From positions 13,920 through 77,919 of the forward strand of contig JAZDJS010000049.1 of NCBI GenBank assembly GCA_043803745.1: 64,000 nucleotides of DNA. The letters are read 5' to 3'. Under the pieces are notes generated by a model. That model was not told the DNA's origin, searched no databases, and saw only the letters and a program-made list of their open reading frames with translations. This DNA comes from an archaeon (GTDB lineage: Archaea; SpSt-1190; DYHY01). How positions within the stretch are numbered: position 1 is the first letter of the stretch; every line of letters starts with the position of its first letter. Below are positions 1-9,185 of the stretch, one piece after another. The position numbers and the translations under genes are program-made.

Positions 1-378
1 GCACCGATAAAACCGACAATTCCTTTCTCCGACCTTGAGAAAATAGATGTCAGGGTCGGGACAATAGAGGCAATCGAGGATGTCGAAAAATCCGACAAAC
101 TCGTCCGGATGATTGTCGATTTCGGCGATCACAAGCGGAAAATACTCGTCGGAATGAAGAAGGAGAGACCCAATGTTTCCCCCGAGGACCCGCCGCTCAG
201 GAGAATCCGGGACGAACTCCTTGGAAGGCAGGCGCTCTTCGTCGTCAACCTAGAACCGAGGAAAATAATGGGAGAGCTTTCCGAGGGGATGATTTTCGAT
301 ATCGGATATGCCGACGGGCTCCTGCCCGTTCTCGCAGTCCCAGAAAAGCCGGTGCCTGCGGGCACGCGGGTCGGGTAG
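1..378 (+). CDS. tRNA-binding OB-fold protein (CsaA/Trbp111-like), 5' partial
   Basis: Frame 1 is open from base 1: PIKPTIPFSDLEKIDVRVGTI...SDKL...VVNLEPRKIMGELSEGMIFDIG, typical of the family. Carries an apparent 12-aa insertion near 165-200. Confidence 0.85.
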   Translation, partial: APIKPTIPFSDLEKIDVRVGTIEAIEDVEKSDKLVRMIVDFGDHKRKILVGMKKERPNVSPEDPPLRRIRDELLGRQALFVVNLEPRKIMGELSEGMIFDIGYADGLLPVLAVPEKPVPAGTRVG

Positions 379-428
379 CGAAAATCAGTTAGATATTTAT
401 CCGAGAAGTTCCGGGGCGTTTTTCAGCC

Positions 429-1382
429 GTGGCCGAAACTCCGCATAAGAAGAAAAGGGCGTTCTCCCTCCCGAAGGAAAATTTAAGGCTTCTTCTTGCG
501 GCGATTAAGCCGATACCGTTCATTCCCTTCGAAGGAAGGTTCCAGGAATACAAGGGGAGGATCGCGCCCATGGAGAACCTGACAATGATCTCTCCTGTGA
601 AAAGCTTCCTTTTCCCCGACGGCGCTGAAAGCTTCCGCTTCAACCTGAAAGGCCAGGCTGTTGTGAAAAAGGGAAACGCGCAGAAGGAGAAGATAGTTTT
701 TGGAGTAAATCCCCTCGACATTCTCGCGCTCGAAACCCTTGAGAGCATCTTCAGAAAGAACCCTGCATATTCCGGGAGAAGGAAGGCAACCCTGATTATC
801 GGAATGGGCGACTATTCCCGGGCGGGAGCTGCCTTTGACGTTTTCTTCCATGACAACGGACTTGACTATCTTGCTGTTGCGGGAACTCCCCGGGGGGAAA
901 GGTTCCTTGCCAAATACAGGAAATTCTTCGGGGCAACCGATACGCAGGTCCCTGAAACTGGCAGGAGGGATTCTCTACTGATTGACCCCGAAAAGCTCCG
1001 AGAGGCGGTCAAGAACGCCCCGAAGGAAGTTTGGGAAGAGGTTGCAAGAACCTGCCTTGGCTGCGGGATATGCTCATATGTCTGCCCGCTCTGCTACTGC
1101 TTCGAGGTTGACGATTCGGTCCCGATTGGCGAGAAAACCGGCGCCCGCTGCACCCGCTGGGATTCCTGCATGCTTGAGAGCTTCTCGGCCGTTGCCGGGG
1201 GGCACGTTTTCCAAAAGGAGCTTTCCTCGCGGATAAAGAACTGGTATTATCACAAGTTCGCGCGGGCAACTGCTGAGCGGGGGACGCCGGACTGCGTTGG
1301 CTGCGACAGATGCTTCCATTTCTGCCCGGTTGCAATAAATTTCAGGGAGGTTTTGTCAAAATGCCAGTCGAAGAGCCGATAA
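429..1382 (+). CDS. hydB: Group 3b NiFe (sulf)hydrogenase beta subunit, 4Fe-4S dicluster
   Basis: CLGCGICSYVCPLCYCF, RWDSC and CVGCDRCFHFCP motifs; first gene of the hydBGDA order. Confidence 0.85.
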   Translation: MAETPHKKKRAFSLPKENLRLLLAAIKPIPFIPFEGRFQEYKGRIAPMENLTMISPVKSFLFPDGAESFRFNLKGQAVVKKGNAQKEKIVFGVNPLDILALETLESIFRKNPAYSGRRKATLIIGMGDYSRAGAAFDVFFHDNGLDYLAVAGTPRGERFLAKYRKFFGATDTQVPETGRRDSLLIDPEKLREAVKNAPKEVWEEVARTCLGCGICSYVCPLCYCFEVDDSVPIGEKTGARCTRWDSCMLESFSAVAGGHVFQKELSSRIKNWYYHKFARATAERGTPDCVGCDRCFHFCPVAINFREVLSKCQSKSR

Positions 1383-2167
1383 GGGCAAAGGTTGCCGAGG
1401 CGAAGCGGATTTCTTCAGATGTCATACATCTGACCCTGAGGCCTGAGAGACGGATGGAAAACTGGAAACCGGGGCAGTTCCTAATGCTTTCGGTTTTCGG
1501 GTTCGGCGAAATCCCGGTCGGGTTCGCGTCATATGGAAAGAATGAGTTCGATGTTGCCGTAAGGACGATAGGCTCGGTTTCCGGCAAGCTCTTTTCAGCT
1601 GAAAAGGGAGATTATGTTGGCGTGAGGGGCCCCTTCGGGAACGGATTCGATGTCAAGGCCCTGAAGGGACGGGATCTGATAATGGTTACCGGCGGCTGCG
1701 GAATCCCGCCGTTCCGCTCCCTGATACATTATGTCGAAAAGCACAGGAAGGATTTCGGGCAGGTCTGGCTTGTCTATGGGGCGCGGACGCCGCAGGACCT
1801 CCTCTTCTCCGAGGAATTCCCCAACTGGGAAAAGTTCATGGAAGTGCTGGCAACAATTGACAGGGCCGCTCCTGGATGGGCGGGCTGCGTTGGCTTTGCG
1901 AACCAAAGGCTCGCGGACATCAAGCTCGAGAAACCTGAGAATGCGACGGCAATACTCTGCGGTCCCCCGATGATGTATCGGCCGACCGTCGAATCCCTCA
2001 AGAAAATGGGGCTTGCCGACCAAGACATCCTTCTCTCCTTCGAGCGGAGAATGAAGTGCGGGGTTGGCGTCTGCCAGCATTGCGCAATAAACGAGAAATA
2101 CGTCTGCAAGGAAGGGCCGGTTTTCAGCTACAAGCAGGTAATGGAGGAAATGCCCGATGCGTTCTAG
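1361..2167 (+). CDS. hydG: Sulfhydrogenase gamma subunit (FAD/NAD-binding, 2Fe-2S)
   Basis: KPGQF, RGPFGNGF, GGCGIPP, CGPPMM and MKCGVGVCQHC...CKEGPVF motifs. Start moved to ATG 1361, which follows GGAGG at 1346-1350. Confidence 0.9.
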   Translation: MPVEEPIRAKVAEAKRISSDVIHLTLRPERRMENWKPGQFLMLSVFGFGEIPVGFASYGKNEFDVAVRTIGSVSGKLFSAEKGDYVGVRGPFGNGFDVKALKGRDLIMVTGGCGIPPFRSLIHYVEKHRKDFGQVWLVYGARTPQDLLFSEEFPNWEKFMEVLATIDRAAPGWAGCVGFANQRLADIKLEKPENATAILCGPPMMYRPTVESLKKMGLADQDILLSFERRMKCGVGVCQHCAINEKYVCKEGPVFSYKQVMEEMPDAF

Positions 2168-2969
2168 CAAAAAGGCGGGTGCGGACTTGCGTCCTACAGT
2201 CCTCCGCAGAGGACTTGCGGACTTGCGTCCTACAGTAGCAATCTACGACCTTACCGACTGCGAGGGCTGCGAGCTTGCGTTTGTTCCGATTGTCGAGAAG
2301 ATTTTGAAAAACGCGCGGATTGTGGAATGGCGGCTCGGACAGGAAAGGAAGATTCCCGTGGAAGGGAAAATCGACGTTTCCTTCGTTGAGGGCTCGCCAA
2401 TGACTCCTGAAGACAGGGAGCTCATGATTGAGCTGCGGGAGAGAAGCAAGACAATAGTCTCACTTGGAGCATGCGCGTGTGTCGGCGGGGTCCCGAGCCT
2501 TGCTGACAAGAGGGTCAGGGAGAAATTCATGTCCCTCATCTATTCCCCGGAATACAAGTCGAAAAGCAATGTCCCGGCGGAACCCCTTGACAGGACAATA
2601 AAGGTCGATTATTACCTCCACGGCTGCCCGGTTCTTCCGGAGACTGTCGGATGGTTCCTTGAGCGGATCCTCATAGGGAGGATTCCGGACAAGTTCGGGG
2701 GATATCCGGTCTGCCTTGCATGCAAGGCGCGCGAGAACAAGTGCCTCCTTCTGGAAGGCAAGCCCTGTCTTGGTCCGGTTTCGGCCGGGGAATGCGGGGC
2801 GCCCTGCCCAAGCTTCGGAAAGGTTTGCTATGGCTGCACAGGAAGGGTCCGGGGCGCGAACATTCCCCAGATGAAAGCTGAGCTTGTGAGAATCCTGGGA
2901 AGTGAGGCGCTTGCCGAAAGCCATCTGAGGATATTTCTGAAAGACTGGAAGGTGGAGGAGAGAGGCTGA
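2157..2969 (+). CDS. hydD: NiFe hydrogenase small (delta) subunit
   Basis: CEGC, VEGS, LGACA..GG and GCP motifs plus a C-terminal Cys cluster (VCLACK...CLGPV...CGAPCP...CYGC). Confidence 0.88.
   Translation: MRSSKKAGADLRPTVLRRGLADLRPTVAIYDLTDCEGCELAFVPIVEKILKNARIVEWRLGQERKIPVEGKIDVSFVEGSPMTPEDRELMIELRERSKTIVSLGACACVGGVPSLADKRVREKFMSLIYSPEYKSKSNVPAEPLDRTIKVDYYLHGCPVLPETVGWFLERILIGRIPDKFGGYPVCLACKARENKCLLLEGKPCLGPVSAGECGAPCPSFGKVCYGCTGRVRGANIPQMKAELVRILGSEALAESHLRIFLKDWKVEERG
2180..2236 (+). repeat. 36-nt in-frame insertion: 21-bp direct repeat around a hairpin
   Basis: TGCGGACTTGCGTCCTACAGT at 2180-2200 and 2216-2236; hairpin AGTCCTC-CGCA-GAGGACT spans the junction. Confidence 0.85.
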
Positions 2970-3023
2970 AGCGGATGCCGAAGTCTGAACCCAAACCAAA
3001 TCGGATGAAGTGAAGAAAAAATA

Positions 3024-4223
3024 ATGGCAACTGACTATATTTCAAAAATCGAGGGGCATGGGCGGATTGAGGTCGACTTTCTCAAGGGAAAAGCAGAACT
3101 GCACATAGAGGAAGGGGAGCGGCTTTTCGAGGGGATTGTCGTTGGCCGCAGGTATGAGGACGTCCATTTCATTACTCCGCGGATATGCGGGGTCTGCCCG
3201 ACAGCCCATAACCTGGCGACAATACGGGCTATTGAAGATGCGTTCAAAATCAGGGCAACTCCGACAGCGGTCGCGCTCAGGAAGGCGATGCTTTCCGCGC
3301 AGATTGTCCAGAGCCACACGCTGCACCTCTTTTTCCTTGCCCTGCCCGACTTCCTCGGGGTTGATTCCGGGGCGGACCTGATGAAGAAGAATCCGAAGCT
3401 GCTTAAGAAAATCCTCGCAGTCAAGAAAATGTGCGACGCGGTTCTTCGGGGAATCGGGGGGCGGGAGGTCCATCCGACCACGACCATTGTCGGCGGCTTC
3501 ACCCAGTTTCCGGAGTTCCACCGGGCTGAAGAGCTAATAGACCTTGCGCGGGAAACCATACCTATTGCTGAAGAGCTGATGGAGGTCGCCAAAAAGGCAA
3601 TCGGAGATTTCGCGCCGGTCCACAGGAAAACTACCTACCTCGCCCTTGAGGATTATTACGGCGATTCCTTCGTCGAGACGAGCGAGCGAGCCCGCTTCGA
3701 CCCGAAGAAATACCAAGAAAACATTTCCGAAACTGTCAAGCTTTACTCAAGCGCCAAGTTCGGAACCCATAAGGGGCGCGGTTTCCTCGTTGGCGCGCTT
3801 GCGAGGAGAATCCTCGCCGGGAAGATGCAGCCGACAACAAGCATTTTTGACAACAACATTGCCCAGGGAGAGGAGATTTTCGAGTTCACTGAAGAGATTG
3901 AAAAGCAGCTTGCCCTTGCAGTCTCGACAGGCCTCCGGAAGGATGACTGGTCCGTTCCTGTCGAGCCGAGGGAGAGCTTTGGGGTGGGGGCTGTCGAAGC
4001 GCCGAGGGGAACGCTCTATAACAAGCTCTGGTTTGATTCGGGCGGGATATGCACAAAGGCTGACATCGTCACCCCGACCGCGCAGAACCTGACAAACATC
4101 GAGGATGATGCAAACGCGCTCCTTGAGCAGAACCGGGGGAGGAAGACTGAAGCCGACTTAAAGAGGCTTTTGGAAATGCTTGTTAGGGCATATGACCCGT
4201 GCATCACCTGCTCGGTGCACTAG
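3024..4223 (+). CDS. hydA: NiFe hydrogenase large (alpha) subunit, group 3b
   Basis: KIEGHG, L1 motif RICGVCP, EAPRG, and L2 motif DPCITCSVH at the very C-terminus. Confidence 0.93.
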   Translation: MATDYISKIEGHGRIEVDFLKGKAELHIEEGERLFEGIVVGRRYEDVHFITPRICGVCPTAHNLATIRAIEDAFKIRATPTAVALRKAMLSAQIVQSHTLHLFFLALPDFLGVDSGADLMKKNPKLLKKILAVKKMCDAVLRGIGGREVHPTTTIVGGFTQFPEFHRAEELIDLARETIPIAEELMEVAKKAIGDFAPVHRKTTYLALEDYYGDSFVETSERARFDPKKYQENISETVKLYSSAKFGTHKGRGFLVGALARRILAGKMQPTTSIFDNNIAQGEEIFEFTEEIEKQLALAVSTGLRKDDWSVPVEPRESFGVGAVEAPRGTLYNKLWFDSGGICTKADIVTPTAQNLTNIEDDANALLEQNRGRKTEADLKRLLEMLVRAYDPCITCSVH

Positions 4224-4738
4224 CTCCGGGCAAGGATTTCATTCATCTTCTGAAAGAATGCTTCCTCGCCCTTCCGCCAGTACTCGACAATCGGGATTTC
4301 AAGCACGTTTTCCTTTAGAACGAGTTCGAGCTCTTGGAAAAATATGCCTTTGGCAGCCACCCTTTTTGGAGAGCCCGCCTCCATAATGTGCGTGAAGTTT
4401 ATCCCGCAAGACGGACTTCCTTTGATTCCAACGAACGCGAGAACGTTCTGGCCGTCGGAAAGATAGTTTTTAGCGATTGCAACTTGCTCTTCTGCAATTC
4501 TTCGGCAAAGCTGTCTGAACTCGGTAGTGAAAAGCTCCGGGAAAATTAGGCAGTCCCGATTCAACCCCTCAAAAACGTATTCCTGACAGGGCATCTGAAT
4601 TATTCCTATTTCTTTCGTCTGGAGCCAGTCGACAACGCTGTGGACGATTGAAGGATGAATCACCTCGCCGCCTTTGCATCTTGAGTTCGTGTTGAGGATG
4701 CAGTGGGAGACAAAAACCACTTTTCTGCTCTGCTCCAT
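4220..4738 (-). CDS. DUF523/TudS-related (thiouracil desulfidase-like) Fe-S protein
   Basis: SHCILNTNS, IIQMPC.E and GIKGSPSCG motifs; start taken at ATG 4738 (MEQSRKVVF). Confidence 0.75.
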   Translation of the reverse strand: MEQSRKVVFVSHCILNTNSRCKGGEVIHPSIVHSVVDWLQTKEIGIIQMPCQEYVFEGLNRDCLIFPELFTTEFRQLCRRIAEEQVAIAKNYLSDGQNVLAFVGIKGSPSCGINFTHIMEAGSPKRVAAKGIFFQELELVLKENVLEIPIVEYWRKGEEAFFQKMNEILARS

Positions 4739-4794
4739 ATTGATTGAATGGGAACTGAAAAGTTTAAAAGAATGCCTGCTCGTCGTCCCAGAAA

Positions 4795-5019
4795 ATGTGC
4801 CTAGCAATACCCGAAAAGATACTGAAAGTCGACAAGAAAGCGAAGAAGGCAACGGTTGCCGGGGGGAAGAAGATAGACATCACCCTTGTTCCGGACGTGA
4901 AGGCTGGCGAGTATTTGCTGGTACATGCTGGGCTTGCGGTCCAGTCAATGAAAGCCGAGGAAGCTGAAGAAACCCTCCGAGTAGCAGCAAGCTGCGAGCA
5001 TTCACATCCGGGAAAGTAA
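4795..5019 (+). CDS. hypC: Hydrogenase maturation chaperone HypC/HybG/HupF
   Basis: MCLAIP N-terminus and GEYLLVHAG motif. Confidence 0.95.
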   Translation: MCLAIPEKILKVDKKAKKATVAGGKKIDITLVPDVKAGEYLLVHAGLAVQSMKAEEAEETLRVAASCEHSHPGK

Positions 5020-5104
5020 TATAAAGCAAGTTCCGGAAAGAACAAAATGTCTGGCGTGAAGTTTCTGACATATCGGGCCTGGCTGTATTACCTTTCGACC
5101 AGTT

Positions 5105-5115
5105 CCCCCCCCCCC
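5105..5115 (+). repeat. Poly-C(11) tract at an apparent frameshift in the FkbM gene 5' region
   Basis: The ORF from ATG 5047 stops at 5127; removing one C joins it in frame to 5177..5854. Confidence 0.75.
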
Positions 5116-5176
5116 GTCGAAACTTAAACTGACTTTTTGGATCTTTTCCAGAAGCCTCCTCAGGCTTTTTCTGGGG

Positions 5177-5854
5177 ATGGAAAAAACCGACTCTCTTTTG
5201 AAACATTTGGCGGAATTTGAAATAGAAACCAGAATAGGCAAGGCAAAATTCGTGAACACTTGTTTCGGAACGTTGAACCTCTGGGAACTTTTTTCTGGGG
5301 AGTTTTGCAGGGATGTTTCTCTGAGGCGCAAGGACGCAATAGTGCTCGACGTCGGAGCTAACTGGGGACTTTATTCTATAAAGGTCGCGGTGGCGAACCC
5401 TCAAGCCGAAATATATGCGTTTGAACCGGTAGGTTTCCTTTATTCAAAACTGAAAAAAAACATTGAAATTTCTGGAGCCAAAAACATAAGACCTTTCGAA
5501 CTTGGTCTTGGAGACTTCAAAGGAAAAGCAAAGATACGTGACGACGGTTCTATTTTGAGCAAAGGTGCAGTCATAGAAACGGTGAAAATAGACTTGCTTG
5601 ACAATTTCGTCTTGAAGAATAGAATAAATCGTGTCGATTATGTGAAAGTTGATATTGAGGGCGCGGAATACAAGTTTCTTCTTGGGGCGAAAAGATCGCT
5701 CAAAAAGTGGAAACCCTCACTGTCTATAGAGCTACACCCTTGGAATTGCAAAAATGTCGATGTGAAAATTTCAAAACTGTTGAGAACGCTAGGATATGAA
5801 CACGTGTGGGTTCCGAAAGAAGACAAACGGCTCCTCAGAGCGGAGCCGAATTAG
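5177..5854 (+). CDS. FkbM-family SAM methyltransferase (true start probably 5047, across the poly-C tract)
   Basis: VLDVGANWG, YAFEP, VKVDIEGAE and IELHP motifs; visibly more AT-rich than its neighbours. Confidence 0.88.
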   Translation: MEKTDSLLKHLAEFEIETRIGKAKFVNTCFGTLNLWELFSGEFCRDVSLRRKDAIVLDVGANWGLYSIKVAVANPQAEIYAFEPVGFLYSKLKKNIEISGAKNIRPFELGLGDFKGKAKIRDDGSILSKGAVIETVKIDLLDNFVLKNRINRVDYVKVDIEGAEYKFLLGAKRSLKKWKPSLSIELHPWNCKNVDVKISKLLRTLGYEHVWVPKEDKRLLRAEPN

Positions 5855-5870
5855 CCGCGTTTTTCCTCAA

Positions 5871-5909
5871 GTTGCCGCAAGCTGCGAGCATAGCCACGGC
5901 AAGCACTAG
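5871..5909 (+). repeat. Displaced, recoded copy of the hypC 3' end
   Basis: GTT GCC GCA AGC TGC GAG CAT AGC CAC GGC AAG CAC TAG (VAASCEHSHGKH*) versus hypC 4981-5019 (VAASCEHSHPGK*); preceded by CCTCAA. Confidence 0.85.
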
Positions 5910-5922
5910 CTGAATCCCCAAG

Positions 5923-6624
5923 TCAACCTAGGACTGCATCCAGATTCCGCCTATTGATTTTCTCAAGCAGCTTCGCCTGGCGCTTTGTCAGGATTTCCGC
6001 CGCAAAATTCCAGTGCAAGGCGAGATAATCCCCTTTCTCCGGGGCGCGCCCCAGGAATTCGGCGTCAATCTTCACATTGGTTTTCCGAAGCTTGCCGAAC
6101 CTTCCGTTCTTCTCGACAAAGCGCCTTTCGGCAAATCCGTTCCCGAGATACCTTGCCGGGGAAATTATGCAGTTGTTCTCGGTTGCGCGGGTAGCCGGAA
6201 CTGAGCCGGTTATCGTGTGTATGAAAAAGACGTGGAATGAGTGATGCGGCACAGCCGAAGCGGGAACTTTCGAAGCAAGGCTTTCGGCAATTCTCCTAGG
6301 GAGCCCCCGCTTGGAAAAGGTTCCCCTGATTAGATTGGAAAGTTCCGCTTGCCAGCTGCCCTCAATCAGCTTTCCCCCGGTGAAATGGGCGCGGACGACC
6401 TTTTCGTCAAGCGGGTCCCTTATTCCGCGGGCCCTGGAAATCATCCGCAGGTATGGATAGAGGGCTTCGAACCTTTCAAGGGCTTTCCTTACCTGGGGGG
6501 CGCCTTTTCCCGTACAAACAAAATTATACAAGGAATCTCCAGTCCCCTTCGGCCCGCAATAGCCAAGGCTGTTCGTGACATAACCGTATCTTGCGGCAAG
6601 CAGGATTCCTTCCGAGTCTGACAT
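5923..6624 (-). CDS. DUF6390-like protein (hydrogenase/hypC-associated)
   Basis: ARY...N.LGYCGP, LYPYL, PHHSFHV and C-terminal HW motifs. Confidence 0.75.
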   Translation of the reverse strand: MSDSEGILLAARYGYVTNSLGYCGPKGTGDSLYNFVCTGKGAPQVRKALERFEALYPYLRMISRARGIRDPLDEKVVRAHFTGGKLIEGSWQAELSNLIRGTFSKRGLPRRIAESLASKVPASAVPHHSFHVFFIHTITGSVPATRATENNCIISPARYLGNGFAERRFVEKNGRFGKLRKTNVKIDAEFLGRAPEKGDYLALHWNFAAEILTKRQAKLLEKINRRNLDAVLG

Positions 6625-6630
6625 TTCGCC

Positions 6631-7512
6631 TCAAGCCGAAGAGGCGGGTTTTCCGGATTCGAAGGCGAAAAGCGCAAGGGCGCCTGCCAAGACAAGCCCC
6701 GCCCCGAGCCCTTGGGAAACTGTCGGAAATGAAATTCCGGAGGAGAGGGCGAATGTGACTAGGGGCGAAAGCGAGAGAACCGCCGTTGTGCTGAAAGCTC
6801 CGAAATGCTTTATTGCCGAGAAATACAGGAAGGAATACGCAAGCAAAACTCCTGCAAGGGCAAGCGTCCAGCCAAATGAATTGAATGCAATTGACCAGTC
6901 AGTAGTCCTCCTGAAAAGGAGGAATGCCCCTAGAACCGGGAGCCCTCCCGCGAACCTGAAAAATGAAATCGTTTTCGCCGGGATTCCCGAAAGGAACTTT
7001 TCGGCAAGAAGCGCCTCCCCCGCCCATAGGGCTGTTGCTCCAAGAATCATCAGGTCGCCGGAATTGAAAGAAAGATTCGCAACCCTCCAGAAAAGGAAAT
7101 TCCCGGCAAGAAGCGCTGCCGAGATAGCTGCCCTTGATGCGGAAAGCTTCCTTAGGGCAAATACGGAAGCAACGAGGACAAACACAAACATCGACTTGTG
7201 GAAGAAATTCGCCGAAACCGCCGAGGTTTCCTTCAGCCCGAGGAAGAAAAGGAGGAATGCGAGTCCTCCGGACAGGAAGGCGACATATGCAAGCGGGAGA
7301 GCAGTCTTCCCGGAAAATGCGGATTTCGCGCTTTTGATGTTTCTGACAAGAAAAAGCCCGAGGAAAACGGCAACAATCAGGTTTTTCAGGAATGAGAAGA
7401 GGACCGGGTCGGTCTGGCCAACCGCAAACCGGTTCAGGTAGATTGAAAACCCGCTTGTGGCTGCCGCGCCCAGCGCGAAAAGAAACCCCTTCCTGTTTTT
7501 TCCGACAAACAT
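6631..7512 (-). CDS. DMT/EamA-family transporter
   Basis: About 10 hydrophobic helices arranged in two repeats. Confidence 0.8.
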   Translation of the reverse strand: MFVGKNRKGFLFALGAAATSGFSIYLNRFAVGQTDPVLFSFLKNLIVAVFLGLFLVRNIKSAKSAFSGKTALPLAYVAFLSGGLAFLLFFLGLKETSAVSANFFHKSMFVFVLVASVFALRKLSASRAAISAALLAGNFLFWRVANLSFNSGDLMILGATALWAGEALLAEKFLSGIPAKTISFFRFAGGLPVLGAFLLFRRTTDWSIAFNSFGWTLALAGVLLAYSFLYFSAIKHFGAFSTTAVLSLSPLVTFALSSGISFPTVSQGLGAGLVLAGALALFAFESGKPASSA

Positions 7513-7556
7513 TCAAGCTATCTGGAACTGACAATTAAAAAACGTTTGGATTCCTT

Positions 7557-9185
7557 TTATTCCAGGGCAATCTCAAACCCGACCGAAGGCTGGTCAATCC
7601 CGTGGTTCTCAAGAACCTGCGGATGGAGTTCCCCAATGTGGCCCAGAACCGCCCCTTCGGAGGAAATCTCCGCCTGCCTCCCCGGAAGGAACGTCGCCTT
7701 CTCCGAGGGCGAGAAGGAAACCTGGGAAATTCCAAGCTGCTTCAGGAGGCGCTCAATTTGCCCCTTGACAGTCTCAAAAGTCCCGCCGGAAAAGATTGCT
7801 GCAAGCCGCCGCTCGGTCCGGCAATTGACGTCTATCTCAGAGTCAAGGACAACGACGTCGCCAGCTTCGAAAATCGCCTGGGGATATTGGTTGTGCTTGT
7901 TAAGCTCAAGTATTGCGACAAGCGAGGGCAGGAGCTCGTCTCTGAGAAGCGTGAATTCCTCGGTTTTCGGGTTCGAGACCTGCGCAACCGGGCGCTCCGG
8001 CTCGTTCATTTTCCCAAAAAGCTTCTGTGCGCTTGTCATTGCAAAGGTATAGACCTCCTGATAGCCTAGGCCAATCATTGCGTCCTTTGCCTTGTTGCTC
8101 CGCGCAATTACCGGATGCTCGCGCCCGATCGAGGGGAGGGCGGGGATTTCCGGATCGAAGCTCGGATAGCCCAAACCTATCGCAACATCCTCGACAAGGT
8201 CGAACTGATGGAGAATGTCCGTGCGATATGCGGGGACCGAGACTTCCAGCGTGTCCGAATCAATTTCCCCGACTCCGAACCTCATGCGCTCAAGAGCGCC
8301 GGCAATTTCGTCGGCGGGAAGCTCAGCTCCAAGAAGCTTCCTCGCATAGGAAAGGGAAAACTTCATTTTCTCGGGGGAAAGGAACGGCGTCACATCATCC
8401 CCAGAATGGACAAGCTCTATCTGCGCGCCGCGCTCGGCAAGCCCGGTTGCGATTATCGTGCAGGCTTTCTGGACCGCATCCTCGTCAGTTCCGGTAACGT
8501 CAATCAGGAGGTTCCTCGTTGCCGGAGTCACGCGCGTAGCCCTGCTGTTTATTATCGGGGGCATTGAAAGGACCTGCCCGGATGAGTCGACAATCAGGGG
8601 GTAGAGCTTCTTCCCCTCGAGGAGGTGCGCGTATTCCTGTCCCTTCGGATGCCTTTCGAGGATTTTCCGGCAGGTGAGGGAGAATTCCATCTCAAGGGGA
8701 ATGAAGGAAACGCTGTCAGGTTCGACCGCTGTGTAGGTTATCGGGAACTTGATTTTGTCGAAATCATGTATGCCGATCGCAACCTTCCGCCTTTTCCGCC
8801 CGTGCGTCTGGTGGAGCTTTTCCTGGATTTGCATTATCGAGGCAACGGTCTGGTCGTCCATCGCAACTCCGCGGACAATTGCAAAGGAAACGAAGGGCCT
8901 TACATCGCGCACGAGCGGGTCTATCTTCGCCGAATTTCCGGCGGGAATCGGGGAGTAGAGCCGCAGCCCCCGCTCAATTCCGAGGATTCCCTTGAGGGCG
9001 CGCGCAGCGCCTTCAATCATCAGTAGGTCAGGCCTGTTCGGGAAAACCTCTATTTTGAGCAAGTCCCCCTCCGGAGCTTCGGGCGGGCAGCCATACATTG
9101 CGAAAAAGTCCAGGAGCTCGCCCTTGGAAATCTCCGGGTTCCCCATGAGCCGCATGAGGTCGAAAAGGGAGAACTCAGTTATCAT
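7557..9185 (-). CDS. pheT: Phenylalanyl-tRNA synthetase beta subunit (archaeal type)
   Basis: PNRPDLL, QEKLHQTHGRKRRKVAIGIHD, PAYRTDILHQFDLVEDVAI and GELHP motifs. Confidence 0.96.
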   Translation of the reverse strand: MITEFSLFDLMRLMGNPEISKGELLDFFAMYGCPPEAPEGDLLKIEVFPNRPDLLMIEGAARALKGILGIERGLRLYSPIPAGNSAKIDPLVRDVRPFVSFAIVRGVAMDDQTVASIMQIQEKLHQTHGRKRRKVAIGIHDFDKIKFPITYTAVEPDSVSFIPLEMEFSLTCRKILERHPKGQEYAHLLEGKKLYPLIVDSSGQVLSMPPIINSRATRVTPATRNLLIDVTGTDEDAVQKACTIIATGLAERGAQIELVHSGDDVTPFLSPEKMKFSLSYARKLLGAELPADEIAGALERMRFGVGEIDSDTLEVSVPAYRTDILHQFDLVEDVAIGLGYPSFDPEIPALPSIGREHPVIARSNKAKDAMIGLGYQEVYTFAMTSAQKLFGKMNEPERPVAQVSNPKTEEFTLLRDELLPSLVAILELNKHNQYPQAIFEAGDVVVLDSEIDVNCRTERRLAAIFSGGTFETVKGQIERLLKQLGISQVSFSPSEKATFLPGRQAEISSEGAVLGHIGELHPQVLENHGIDQPSVGFEIALE

